DNA of 64,000 nucleotides from Escherichia coli (GTDB lineage Bacteria; Pseudomonadota; Gammaproteobacteria; Enterobacterales; Enterobacteriaceae): NCBI RefSeq assembly GCF_050320075.1, contig NZ_CP190018.1; one strand, 5' to 3'. Shown piece by piece: positions 42,353 to 51,362 of this stretch (position 1 is its first letter; each line of letters starts with the position of its first letter). The notes under the pieces were generated by a model. It saw only the letters and a program-made list of their open reading frames with translations, ran no database searches and was not told where the DNA came from. The position numbers and the translations under genes were made by a program.

Positions 42353-43336
42353 TTAGTCGAAAATGCGCACAAGGCCAGTGACTTTATTTGCCTTGTTGGT
42401 CACCAATAACGTTGAGACGCGGTGCTTTTGCATTTTTTCTTCCGCTTCAATGATCATGGTGTCTTCCGGTAGCGTCAGCGGTTCACGTGTCATCATCTGC
42501 GCAGCCGTGGCGGATGTCAGAGAATCCTCTTTTTCCATAAAGCGACGCAGGTCACCGTCGGTGATAATGCCCACTAGCCCACCTTCTGCGTCTTCTACCA
42601 TCACCATTCCCTGGCATCCGCTGGTGATACGTTGAATCACGGTTTTAAATGACGCATCCAGCTGTACCGCAGGAACATCATGCTGCATGACATCAGCAAC
42701 GCGGGTCAGCAGGCGACGACCTAATGAACCGCCCGGGTGATAGCGCGCAAAATCATTCGGCATAAATTTGCGTTGGTGGATCATGGCAATCGCCAGCGCA
42801 TCGCCGATCGCCATCGTCAGCGTGGTAGACGTTGTTGGTGCAAGATTATTCGGGCAGGTTTCATTCGCCATGTGGAGTTCCAGCACGGCATCAGCATTTT
42901 TCGCCAGCGTGGAATTTCCATTATTGGTAATGGCGATAATTCGGTTGCCGAAATTTTTCAGTGAAGGAACTAGCTTGAGGATTTCATCCGTTTCACCGCT
43001 GGCAGAAATAAGGATCAGAAGATCGTAAGGCGTAATCATGCCCAGATCGCCATGGAAAGCTTCTGCAGGATGAATAAAGAAACTAGGCGTACCCGTAGAG
43101 GCCAGCGTCGCTGACATTTTACGACCGACATGCCCTGATTTACCCATTCCCGAAAGAATAACGTGACCTTTACAGTTCATTATCAAATTAAGGACACGCT
43201 GGTACTGCCCGGAATCCAGTTGTTTAGACAAGTTTTGTAATGCTGCGCCTTGTTCTGCCAGAGTCTGGCGAACAGAGGTAATTAGATATGGATCGATAGT
43301 ACTGCTCTGGTCATCAGGTAAATGTCTTTCAGACAT
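42353..43336 (-). CDS. kpsF: KpsF arabinose-5-phosphate isomerase (SIS plus CBS domains).
   Basis: Start placed at MSERHLPDDQSS. The SIS motif is GMGKSGHVGRKMSATLASTG, with tandem CBS domains at the C-terminus. Confidence 0.9.
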   Translation of the reverse strand: MSERHLPDDQSSTIDPYLITSVRQTLAEQGAALQNLSKQLDSGQYQRVLNLIMNCKGHVILSGMGKSGHVGRKMSATLASTGTPSFFIHPAEAFHGDLGMITPYDLLILISASGETDEILKLVPSLKNFGNRIIAITNNGNSTLAKNADAVLELHMANETCPNNLAPTTSTTLTMAIGDALAIAMIHQRKFMPNDFARYHPGGSLGRRLLTRVADVMQHDVPAVQLDASFKTVIQRITSGCQGMVMVEDAEGGLVGIITDGDLRRFMEKEDSLTSATAAQMMTREPLTLPEDTMIIEAEEKMQKHRVSTLLVTNKANKVTGLVRIFD

Positions 43337-43980
43337 ATCAGCTCCTTTGCACGGAAATAATGCCACAGTCACAACAAACCCGAACCCACTATAATTTATT
43401 TATGCTAAATCAATGGGTTGTAACAAAATTTTTAATGAATATAAAACCATGGTCAGTCCATGCTTATATGCAGGACTTATCACCTTCTTATTAAGTCGCA
43501 ATGTCTCATGGAGGTGCGAAGATGCTGCAATATTACAGGCGAGAAGGGGAACCAAATTTTGCCCACCTATTTAACACACCCCTACATTATGAACAAGGAA
43601 TTTAGGATTTTTATCATTTATTAAAATGTTTCCTACTTGACTATTAAGACCAAAAACAATTTATCAATTGATTATTTCCTTGTAAAAAAAGAACGTATGA
43701 CTATGTTATTAATAAATAAAACACGCAAATAATGGTGATGTTGTTTTGTGATTAACTATTTAAGTGCGGCATAATAAACAGGTTGACAATTTCTATGTAA
43801 AGAAGAGGAAAATAATAAAATTTTAGCGGTGACTATTGAATGATATGATAGTTGTGGTGTTGATTATTTCTGGTAATGAATGCGGAATTAAATCTGGCCG
43901 GATTGTATTTTTTCTATATCTATTTTTCAGGAGATTATTATTAAATAGAAAAATAACAATGGTGATTATCTCCGGTTGAG
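43337..43980 (-). promoter_or_regulatory. kps region-1 promoter and leader region (location only).
   Basis: Long, very AT-rich non-coding stretch immediately upstream of kpsF. No individual sites were mapped. Confidence 0.4.
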
Positions 43981-44146
43981 CTGGAGTCACGTATGCCAGC
44001 GAGTGCTTTCTTCCGGGCCTTCCTTCACTTCAGAGAAAGAGCCTATGGAAAAGAGGCAATCATCAGGCTCTTTTTGAGTCATATGCGCCGATAATCAACT
44101 GTCTTGAACGTAAAAATTATGGAGCAACATGATGCTACGATTCATT

Positions 44147-44329
44147 TCACTCTTCGTTCTTTCTGAGCATTGCGTTCAGGATGGTCAGCAATTTACGCAT
44201 ACAGTCAACCAGCGCCACTTTTTTGGTTTTTCCGGCTGCTGGCAGATGCATGTAAAACGCCTCTTTCACCGGATTAAACCAGGTTACCACAAGCGCTGCC
44301 ATGTGCAGGGCTGCTCTTGCCTCCGTACG
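44147..44329 (-). pseudogene. C-terminal remnant of an IS110-family transposase.
   Basis: The minus-strand translation RTEARAALHMAALVVTWFNPVKEAFYMHLPAAGKTKKVALVDCMRKLLTILNAMLRKNEE* matches the characteristic ...YxRLxxxGKxKKVALVAxMRKLLxILNAMLR end of IS110-family proteins. The N-terminal portion is absent. Confidence 0.7.
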
Positions 44330-44484
44330 CGCACTGGCGTCGTTCGGCCAGCAGATATGTGTGGGATAACAGGGATGTTATGTGAACTGAACTGTGTTTT
44401 GTTAGCGGGGGATGTTTATTGATGATTCGGGAGTGTTTAAGACCTGATGGCGTTATGCTCCCAAGTTTATTTTATATAAAGATC

Positions 44485-44515
44485 CAAAAGCAAAAACCCG
44501 CCTTGTGGGCGGGTT
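44485..44515 (-). terminator. Rho-independent terminator downstream of the tRNA-Phe 3' end.
   Basis: The minus strand reads AACCCGCC-cacaa-GGCGGGTT followed by TTTTGCTTTTG. It begins 13 nt after the tRNA 3' CCA. Confidence 0.7.
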
Positions 44516-44527
44516 CTTAAGAATTAG

Positions 44528-44577
44528 TGGTGCCCGGACTCGGAATCGAACCAAGGACACGGGGATTTTCAATCCCC
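44528..44577 (-). other. The 3' 50 nt of tRNA-Phe (anticodon stem-loop through CCA). It is truncated at the 5' side and acts as the att-type direct repeat marking the island boundary.
   Basis: TGGTGCCCGGACTCGGAATCGAACCAAGGACACGGGGATTTTCAATCCCC is the reverse complement of tRNA-Phe positions about 27-76. The next bases (GTGTCATAAAATTC) do not match the D-arm or acceptor 5' half. Confidence 0.85.
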
Positions 44578-44670
44578 GTGTCATAAAATTCAGATAGTTA
44601 CGGGCATGTCAAGTTGTTGTTGAAGTCTTTCATGCGCATCCGATCACATAACTGTCGATAGGACGCAGAT

Positions 44671-45549
44671 ATGAAAATACTTCCCGTTGTCTCAACAAAA
44701 GGTGGCGAAGGTAAATCAACACAATCCGCTAACCTGGCTGGTTTTCTCGCCGATGCAGGTATCCGTACCCTGCTGATTGACGGAGATCATGCTCAGCCCA
44801 CGGCAAGCAACATCTTTCCGCTGACATATGAAGCGTCAGCCGGTCTTTTTGAGTTGCTGATGCGCACGGCTGACCTCAGTCATCCCGATAACATCATTTC
44901 CCGCACGGCTATCGACGGACTCGATCTGATAGTCTCCAATGACCCTCATGAGCAGTTAAAAACTGCGATGCTTCACGCCCCGGATGGTCGTCTGCGCCTC
45001 CGGAATGTCCTGCAGCATCCGCTTTTTCTGAACAACTACGATGTCATTGTAGTTGATTCTCAGGGAGCGCGTTCTGTCATGCTCGAAATGATTGTGCTGT
45101 CGGCCACTGATTCGGTTGTCGGGATGGTCAATCCGGTACTCCCTGATGTGCGCGAGTTTATTCGGGGCACTGTCAACGTTATGGAGAACCTGCTGCCTTA
45201 CCGGGAGCTGGGGATACCCCTGCCGAAAGTACGCACGCTGGTTAACTGCATGGATTATACGGCACTGGCCAGGAAGACGCTGGATGAGCTGGCCGGAATT
45301 ATTCAGACCGGTCGTTACAGCAGACAGTTACCTGAAGGTGCGGTTTCCCTTCTTTCCACACAGATTTACGACCTGAATATTTACAAACAGGGGCATGCGG
45401 CTGGTCAACCCGTACATCGTCTCGAAAAAGAATCCACACGTCGCAGTGATTCCGCGCTTGTCACGATGCACAGCCTGGCCTGTGAACTCTTTCCTGAGTG
45501 GAAACAGGCGTTTGACGGGCTGCTGGCGAACGGGGGAATACGTCAGTGA
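44671..45549 (+). CDS. parA: ParA/Soj-family partition ATPase.
   Basis: Deviant Walker A STKGGEGKSTQSANLA. 292 aa, and the first gene inside the island. Confidence 0.9.
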   Translation: MKILPVVSTKGGEGKSTQSANLAGFLADAGIRTLLIDGDHAQPTASNIFPLTYEASAGLFELLMRTADLSHPDNIISRTAIDGLDLIVSNDPHEQLKTAMLHAPDGRLRLRNVLQHPLFLNNYDVIVVDSQGARSVMLEMIVLSATDSVVGMVNPVLPDVREFIRGTVNVMENLLPYRELGIPLPKVRTLVNCMDYTALARKTLDELAGIIQTGRYSRQLPEGAVSLLSTQIYDLNIYKQGHAAGQPVHRLEKESTRRSDSALVTMHSLACELFPEWKQAFDGLLANGGIRQ

Positions 45550-45889
45550 TTCAGGTTAAGCGAGAACCATTTTGCCATGTTGCCATCCCCATCATGGTTG
45601 TTATCAATGCCGGACGGCAGTTGCTGATGATTTGTGTTCATAAGGTATTTCTCCTCGTAAACATGTTGATTATGAGCGCAAAGATGCTGTCCGTACCTTC
45701 TGACCGGGGTCGGCAAACTTACCGGTCGGAAAATGTACAGACAGTTATGGGCATTTTATGCCCTGCAACTGTTCGTCCGGCGCCCGTTTTCGTTTTTTTG
45801 CATGGCGGGTTTGCTGGTTATCTGTCGGGAAACAGGTACCGGGTACTGGCAATGGGTTGTCAAAGTCAAAGATATCTGGAGGTCAAAAT

Positions 45890-46615
45890 ATGAAGTTCTC
45901 TGCAAACTATTCTCCGGTTCCGGTGGTGTTAACCAGCCCGGAATCGCTGGATGAACTGATGCTGCTGATGACCCGACTTACCAGTGGATGCCGGGTGATG
46001 ATACCTGCGTTAAAGAATCCGATTGATGCTGTGCACGGTGGTTATGCATCAAGAATCTCACCTTCTCCTCACAGTGTTGTTTTTCGGAACAATTCCCGGT
46101 CTGTGGTCATGCTGGAGCTGAGAAACAGGGAACTGGCACGCGAATGGTTCAGGAAGGTCTGGATACCTTTGCATCTGGCCGCGATTGAGGGAGATGAGGA
46201 AGCGTTTTTCAGTGCGGGGGTCAACATGGTGCGCCGGGAGCTGCAGCGCGTTCCGGGGAATTCAGTGAACTGCATGTGCTGGGCAAGCCTTGTTGCACTG
46301 ACATTTGATGCTGAAGAGCGGGTGGAACTGCAGAAAGGCAATAATGAGAACATCGCAACATATAATGAGAGCATAGCAACATATGCATTCCGTGCGGCCT
46401 GCATTGTGAGTCGCTGTCTGAGCCGGAATGCTTCCAGAGGTATTCCGCGCTCATACCCTGAATGGAAAGCGATTTTGTTTCCCCGTGATGGTGCTGACAT
46501 TTTCCCCGACGGGTGGCTGGAAAATATGACCCGTCGGGCTGAACGTGTTTTTACGAGTGCGAAACGTCAGTGTGGAATGCTCTCAGCCAGTCACCGGGAG
46601 GTGGCGTATGTCTGA
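45890..46615 (+). CDS. Conserved-looking island protein of unknown function.
   Basis: ATG 45890 is preceded by GGAGG. The stop overlaps the dnaB start (ATGTCTGA). The ORF-track start at 45758 has no RBS. Confidence 0.6.
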   Translation: MKFSANYSPVPVVLTSPESLDELMLLMTRLTSGCRVMIPALKNPIDAVHGGYASRISPSPHSVVFRNNSRSVVMLELRNRELAREWFRKVWIPLHLAAIEGDEEAFFSAGVNMVRRELQRVPGNSVNCMCWASLVALTFDAEERVELQKGNNENIATYNESIATYAFRAACIVSRCLSRNASRGIPRSYPEWKAILFPRDGADIFPDGWLENMTRRAERVFTSAKRQCGMLSASHREVAYV

Positions 46616-47996
46616 ACGCTATATTCCACGTTCCGTTGATGCAGAGCAGGCCGTGCTGGGCGGCCTGATGCTCGATAATGAACGCTGGGATGAGGTGGTA
46701 CTGATGCTCCGGGGGGAGGATTTTTCTCTGGCTGCACACAGGGTGATATTCCGCACCATGTCAGAGCTGGCAACCAGCGGTCAGCCGTTCGACCTCATCA
46801 CGCTGAGTGAGCATATTGAGAAAACAAACAATATTGAGGCACTGGGTGGTTTCGCTTATCTGGCTGAACTCAGCAAAAATACGCCTTCTGCAGCCAATAT
46901 TATCGCTTATGCCCGTATTGTTGCTGAAAAGAGCATGCTGCGTCAGTTGCAGGAGACGGGGAATGCGCTGATTACGGATGTGGCCGCACCGGATGCGACA
47001 CCACGCACTGTTCTTGAATCCGCTGAACGTCGGCTCTTTTCACTTTCACAGACTGGCATGTTGCATGAGCGATGTGAAGTCAGTCTCACCTCGGCTATGG
47101 AGCTGGCGCTGCGTCAACTGGAAGAGGGACTGAACGCCGGCGGGATGACGGGCACGCCCACGGGATTTGATGAACTGGATGAGATGACCTGTGGTCTGCA
47201 GCCCGGCGACCTCATTCTTCTGGCTGCACGCCCGTCTATGGGGAAAACAGCGCTGGGCCTTACCTTCTGTCTTAATGCCCTGTGTAACCGGACCGATGAA
47301 ACGGTATTTCTTTTCAGTATCGAAATGTCCCGGGAGCAGCTGATTCTGCGTGTCCTGTCAATGCTCTCCAGGGTGGAGCTGACACGTCTTCGCAGCAGCA
47401 TGATGGATGATGAAGAGTGGGCGAGAGTCACGGCAACCATGGGACGCTTCATGAATGAAGCGTCATTCATCGGAGATGGAAACCGCCTGATAATTGATGA
47501 CACCTCCTTCCAGACGCCGTCATCGCTGCGTGCCAGCGCCCGTCGTTATGTCCGTCTGTATGGCAGACCTTCCCTGATAATGGTTGATTACCTCCAGCTG
47601 ATTCGTTCTCCGGACCAGGAGAACCGAACGCAGGAAATTGCGGAAATATCCCGTGCCCTTAAGGCGTTAGGTAAAGAGCTGGGATGCCCGGTACTGGCAC
47701 TGTCTCAGCTTAACCGTCAGGTGGAGCAGCGGGCGGATAAGCGCCCCAATAACGGTGACCTGCGTGATTCCGGGGCGCTGGAGCAGGATGCTGACCTCAT
47801 TATGTTTATTTACCGTGACGAGGTTTATAACTCCGGCACGCTGGATAAGGGCGTTGCAGAAATCATTGTGAGCAAACAGCGGCAGGGACCAACCGGAACG
47901 ATACGGGTGAACTTCGACGGCCGCTACACCCTGTTTTCACCGTTTGAACGTGGATGGAATTTTGACCGTGCCGGAGGAAATGCGTATGTCAATTAA
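46608..47996 (+). CDS. dnaB: Replicative DNA helicase (DnaB family).
   Basis: N-terminal DAEQAVLGGLMLDNERWDEV and Walker A ARPSMGKTALGLTF. 462 aa. Confidence 0.9.
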   Translation: MSERYIPRSVDAEQAVLGGLMLDNERWDEVVLMLRGEDFSLAAHRVIFRTMSELATSGQPFDLITLSEHIEKTNNIEALGGFAYLAELSKNTPSAANIIAYARIVAEKSMLRQLQETGNALITDVAAPDATPRTVLESAERRLFSLSQTGMLHERCEVSLTSAMELALRQLEEGLNAGGMTGTPTGFDELDEMTCGLQPGDLILLAARPSMGKTALGLTFCLNALCNRTDETVFLFSIEMSREQLILRVLSMLSRVELTRLRSSMMDDEEWARVTATMGRFMNEASFIGDGNRLIIDDTSFQTPSSLRASARRYVRLYGRPSLIMVDYLQLIRSPDQENRTQEIAEISRALKALGKELGCPVLALSQLNRQVEQRADKRPNNGDLRDSGALEQDADLIMFIYRDEVYNSGTLDKGVAEIIVSKQRQGPTGTIRVNFDGRYTLFSPFERGWNFDRAGGNAYVN

Positions 47997-49635
47997 ACGA
48001 AATCATTCCGTTGATCTGGGAGCTGCCATCATGCAACCGGGCCGTCAGGCCAGCACGACGGGTAACGTGGTGGCGCTGGGGGAAACACCGATGATTCTGA
48101 CGCTGGATCAACTGCGCCCCAACCCGGATAACCCGAGGACCACGCGTAATCCACGGTACGACGATATTAAAAGTTCCATTTTCTCCCGTGGACTGGATAC
48201 GGTGCCCAAAGTCACCCGGATACCTGAGAGTGAGCCGGATATCTATATTTTCAGCGATGGTGGTAACACGCGATATCAGATCCTGAAAGAGCTGTGGGAG
48301 GAGACCGGCGATCAGCGTTTCTACCGTATTCATGTGCTTTTCAAACCATGGCCGGGACGGCTTCAGTGCGTCATTGGTCACCTGGCTGAGAATGAGGTCA
48401 GGGGCGAACTGACGTTTATTGAAAAGGCCCGGGGTATCCATAAAGCACGGATGATTTATGAAGAGCAGTTAAGCAAAAGTGTGTCCATGCGAGAGTTGTC
48501 ATCCCTTTTGACTGAGCAGGGATTACCGGTGGATGCATCCAGTATCAGCCGTATGGAGAACACCCTGAAATACCTGTATCCGTGGATCCCCGAACTTCTG
48601 GAATCAGGATTAGGAAGACCACAGGTCAATTCACTGTTGTCTCTCCGGCAGGATGCGGAACGCATCTGGGGACAGTTTGCGGTGGCAACAGAGCACGGGG
48701 CGGATTTTGACCGCGTGTTTGGTGAATGCTGCAGCAAATTCAATTCACCGGAGCTCTGGTCACTGGAGATGTTCCGGGATGAGCTGATTGGTGATCTGCT
48801 GAAAGCGTTACCACATCCGGTGCTGGATTATGACCGCTGGTTGCTTGAACTGGATCCGCGCGAGCGTAACCGACGTCATCATTTTGGCGAACCTGAGCCG
48901 GTGCTCATTCCTGCAGACAGTGATGCGATGCCAGAGCCTGTGACTCACGGTGTGTCGGCAGTGACGGCGGAGAAAGACTGCGTAAGGGATCAGCCTGTGA
49001 TTTCCGCACCGGCTGACCATGACACCGTCATGAATACGGAGCAATCCCCGGCTGGAAAGGCGGAGAGTTCAGTTACTGAACAACGCGAAGAACGCCGCAG
49101 AAAGGAAGTCCAGCCGGATATGTATGGTGGTGAAGAAACATACAGTGGCGATTACGAAGAGGATGGCGATACCCGTGATGCTGTGGATCTGCCGGTAACG
49201 TCACCGGAAGAGGGGGCTCAGCAGAGCAGCGGTGAAATTTTCAGTGAGCCGGCATTCAGCGTCGGTGAACTGGATGATATCGAATATCTGCAGAATGAGG
49301 CATTTCACCTGGCATGGGAGCTGGCGTCACACACAGGCTGTGTCGATGAACTGGCTATGGACAGGGAAAGCGAACTGTCTGCGGGATTCTGCGCGGCAGA
49401 GGCGAATTGTTCTCCTGTCATGGCATTTCTTGTCAGGCTGACCGGTGAGGAGGTTCTGCGGGTTAATCCGGTTTCTCTTGATGCACTGCTGATTGGTGGC
49501 AGTACTGAAGAAGAGCCACCACTGCTGGATGATGAGCATGCCGGGAAGTTACTCCGTCTGCTTGGGGTGTTGCGTCGTCTGCGGGGGCTGCAGCGCCAGG
49601 TGGAAGAAGAGAACGTGGAGGGGCGTGATGAATAA
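47986..49635 (+). CDS. ParB-like (ParB/Srx N-terminal domain) protein with a long acidic C-terminal half.
   Basis: LTLDQLRPNPDNPRTTRNPRYDDIKSSIFSRGLDTVPKVTR is a ParB-box-like region. The start overlaps the dnaB stop. Confidence 0.75.
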   Translation: MSIKRNHSVDLGAAIMQPGRQASTTGNVVALGETPMILTLDQLRPNPDNPRTTRNPRYDDIKSSIFSRGLDTVPKVTRIPESEPDIYIFSDGGNTRYQILKELWEETGDQRFYRIHVLFKPWPGRLQCVIGHLAENEVRGELTFIEKARGIHKARMIYEEQLSKSVSMRELSSLLTEQGLPVDASSISRMENTLKYLYPWIPELLESGLGRPQVNSLLSLRQDAERIWGQFAVATEHGADFDRVFGECCSKFNSPELWSLEMFRDELIGDLLKALPHPVLDYDRWLLELDPRERNRRHHFGEPEPVLIPADSDAMPEPVTHGVSAVTAEKDCVRDQPVISAPADHDTVMNTEQSPAGKAESSVTEQREERRRKEVQPDMYGGEETYSGDYEEDGDTRDAVDLPVTSPEEGAQQSSGEIFSEPAFSVGELDDIEYLQNEAFHLAWELASHTGCVDELAMDRESELSAGFCAAEANCSPVMAFLVRLTGEEVLRVNPVSLDALLIGGSTEEEPPLLDDEHAGKLLRLLGVLRRLRGLQRQVEEENVEGRDE

Positions 49636-50359
49636 TGATGCAGCACGTCAGGAGCAACTGATTAAACGGATAAGAAAACTGCTGGCGCTGAGCCGGAATA
49701 ACAGTAATTCCCATGAGGCAGGTCAGGCTCTTTCCCGCGCACAGGCGCTGATGCGGAAGCATGGTATCACCGAACTGGATGCTGATATTTCGGTGATAAA
49801 AACCTCATCATCAAAGGGAGCACCGTCAGAAGCGGAAAAAGTTCCGGTATGGATGGGGCGCCTTATGAATGTTGTTGCAGGGGCATTCGGATGTCATACA
49901 TACCTGGATTGGCGTATCACAACCGGAGGATACTGGCGGCGGATTGTCACATTTTATGGTTTTGGGGAGCGTCCGGTTGTGGCGGCGTATGCCTTTGATG
50001 TTCTCTGCCGGCAGATGCAAAAGGCGACAAAAGAATATCTCTCAACCCAGAGCCGGAAATTAAAACAGTCAACCCGTCGTGCAAGAGCTGCGATGTTTCG
50101 TGACGGCTGGGTTTATGGGGTGCGTGATGTGGTGGATGTATTCCGGCTCACAGAAGATGAGACGTGTGTAATGAATACGTGGCTGCAGAACCAGCAATTT
50201 GAGGGAATGGTCGTCTTCCGGGAGGTAAAGGACTGCTATGGCGGTGACCATGCACGCTGGCAGGGATACAACGAGGGGAAAAAGGCAACGCTGCATCACG
50301 GTGTTGATTCCCGGGATCTGAGACCGGAAAGCCTGATATCGGGCGGAGGTGAGGTATGA
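49628..50359 (+). CDS. DUF2786-like protein.
   Basis: The N-terminus QEQLIKRIRKLLALSRNNSNSHEAGQALSRAQALMRKHGI is the pattern I associate with DUF2786. The start overlaps the upstream stop. Confidence 0.6.
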   Translation: MNNDAARQEQLIKRIRKLLALSRNNSNSHEAGQALSRAQALMRKHGITELDADISVIKTSSSKGAPSEAEKVPVWMGRLMNVVAGAFGCHTYLDWRITTGGYWRRIVTFYGFGERPVVAAYAFDVLCRQMQKATKEYLSTQSRKLKQSTRRARAAMFRDGWVYGVRDVVDVFRLTEDETCVMNTWLQNQQFEGMVVFREVKDCYGGDHARWQGYNEGKKATLHHGVDSRDLRPESLISGGGEV

Positions 50360-50934
50360 GTAATAACTTGTCACAGGCCACCAACGGACTGTTGATGCAA
50401 CTGGTGATGGATCTCAAAAGTGGCTATCTGCGCCGCTGTGAAGCGCTGGGGCTTTCCCGGGAAGAAATGCAGATGCTGCAGGGGCTGAGTATTGAGGAAA
50501 TTCACTATCTGTCAAATTCAGAGGTGTCAGTGCTGCGGCTGGATATTAACCACAATAACCTTGTACGCATGCTGCAGCAGGCCAGGACTGAACAGAAACG
50601 CCTGCAGCGAATCGATCGCGCTCTGGCACTGGGGGGATCGATTGAGCTCATGGCGTTTTATTTTGGCCTTTCCAGTGTGGACGTTGCTGCACGGCGCCGT
50701 ATTTCAGGTATTGATGTGCGCCCGGGGCGGGGTATCACACTCAGCGATGATGAAAACTCTGAACTCTGGAGACTGTGGCAGAAAGCAGGGATTAACGATG
50801 TGGAGAGCGCTGACGGGCTGGATGTCATGATGCTCTGTGCAGAGCAGATGAATATCCCGCTCACAGCCGTCTGGCATGCTGTCCGGGGGTGGCATACAGC
50901 CGGAAGCCCTGAACAGGTAAGGAATGCGTCATGA
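50356..50934 (+). CDS. Island protein. From memory of NCBI family naming it may be the 'STY4526/YPO1902 family pathogenicity island replication protein'.
   Basis: 192 aa, with ATGA coupling to both neighbours. The family name is recalled, not verified. Confidence 0.45.
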   Translation: MSNNLSQATNGLLMQLVMDLKSGYLRRCEALGLSREEMQMLQGLSIEEIHYLSNSEVSVLRLDINHNNLVRMLQQARTEQKRLQRIDRALALGGSIELMAFYFGLSSVDVAARRRISGIDVRPGRGITLSDDENSELWRLWQKAGINDVESADGLDVMMLCAEQMNIPLTAVWHAVRGWHTAGSPEQVRNAS

Positions 50935-51179
50935 AGATGAAAGAGCTGGTTCCCGGTCTGCTGAGCTGTCCCGGGGTACCGCCAGCCTGCCAGCGGAAGG
51001 CGGTGGACCTCGTTAACCGGTTTCGTCGCGGGGAGAGGAATTACCATGAACTGAAGGAAAAGGGATTCGGGTATATCAAGATTAATGTTGGTCCGGACTG
51101 GCGGTTACTGAGCAGGAACCGGGGACGAACCTGGGCACTGTTGAGTCACGAGCGATACAACAACATGAGGCTGAGGTAG
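50931..51179 (+). CDS. RelE/HigB-like small protein.
   Basis: 82 aa. The C-terminal GYIKINVGPDWRLLSRNRGRTWALLSHERY resembles the HigB/RelE-fold core (compare YVFNVGGNELRVV...THKEY). Confidence 0.4.
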   Translation: MKMKELVPGLLSCPGVPPACQRKAVDLVNRFRRGERNYHELKEKGFGYIKINVGPDWRLLSRNRGRTWALLSHERYNNMRLR

Positions 51180-51185
51180 AGAAAA

Positions 51186-51362
51186 ATGACTGATTTTGGT
51201 TCAACTAAATATAACGCCAGTTTTGAAGAATGGCATGAAGTGTTAATGGACTATGCCGGGTTACGTGGTGGAAGTGCCGCCGATGCCGAAGCATGGCGCG
51301 ATGACTATGAAGCTGGAAAAACGCCTGTCGAAGCATATTGCGATGAGTGGGGTGATGAATGA
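51186..51362 (+). CDS. Small acidic protein (58 aa), below the ORF-track cutoff.
   Basis: ATG 51186 gives MTDFGSTKYNASFEEWHEVLMDYAGLRGGSAADAEAWRDDYEAGKTPVEAYCDEWGDE. Its stop overlaps the next ATG. Confidence 0.4.
   Translation: MTDFGSTKYNASFEEWHEVLMDYAGLRGGSAADAEAWRDDYEAGKTPVEAYCDEWGDE

Noticed and set aside
44528-44603. An intact tRNA-Phe gene.
   Set aside because: Only the 3' 50 nt match. The expected D-arm and acceptor 5' half (…TGCTCTACCGACTGAGCTATCCGGGC on this strand) is replaced by GTGTCATAAAATTCAGATAG…
45546-45954. ORF-track entries 45546-45893 (115 aa) and 45733-45954 (73 aa), and the 45758 start of the 285-aa ORF.
   Set aside because: They have no RBS, odd composition and mutual overlap. 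The downstream ATG at 45890 has a GGAGG RBS and gives a product coupled to dnaB. A 32-aa minus-strand ORF (about 45548-45646) with a GAGGAG RBS was also noticed but is too short to support.
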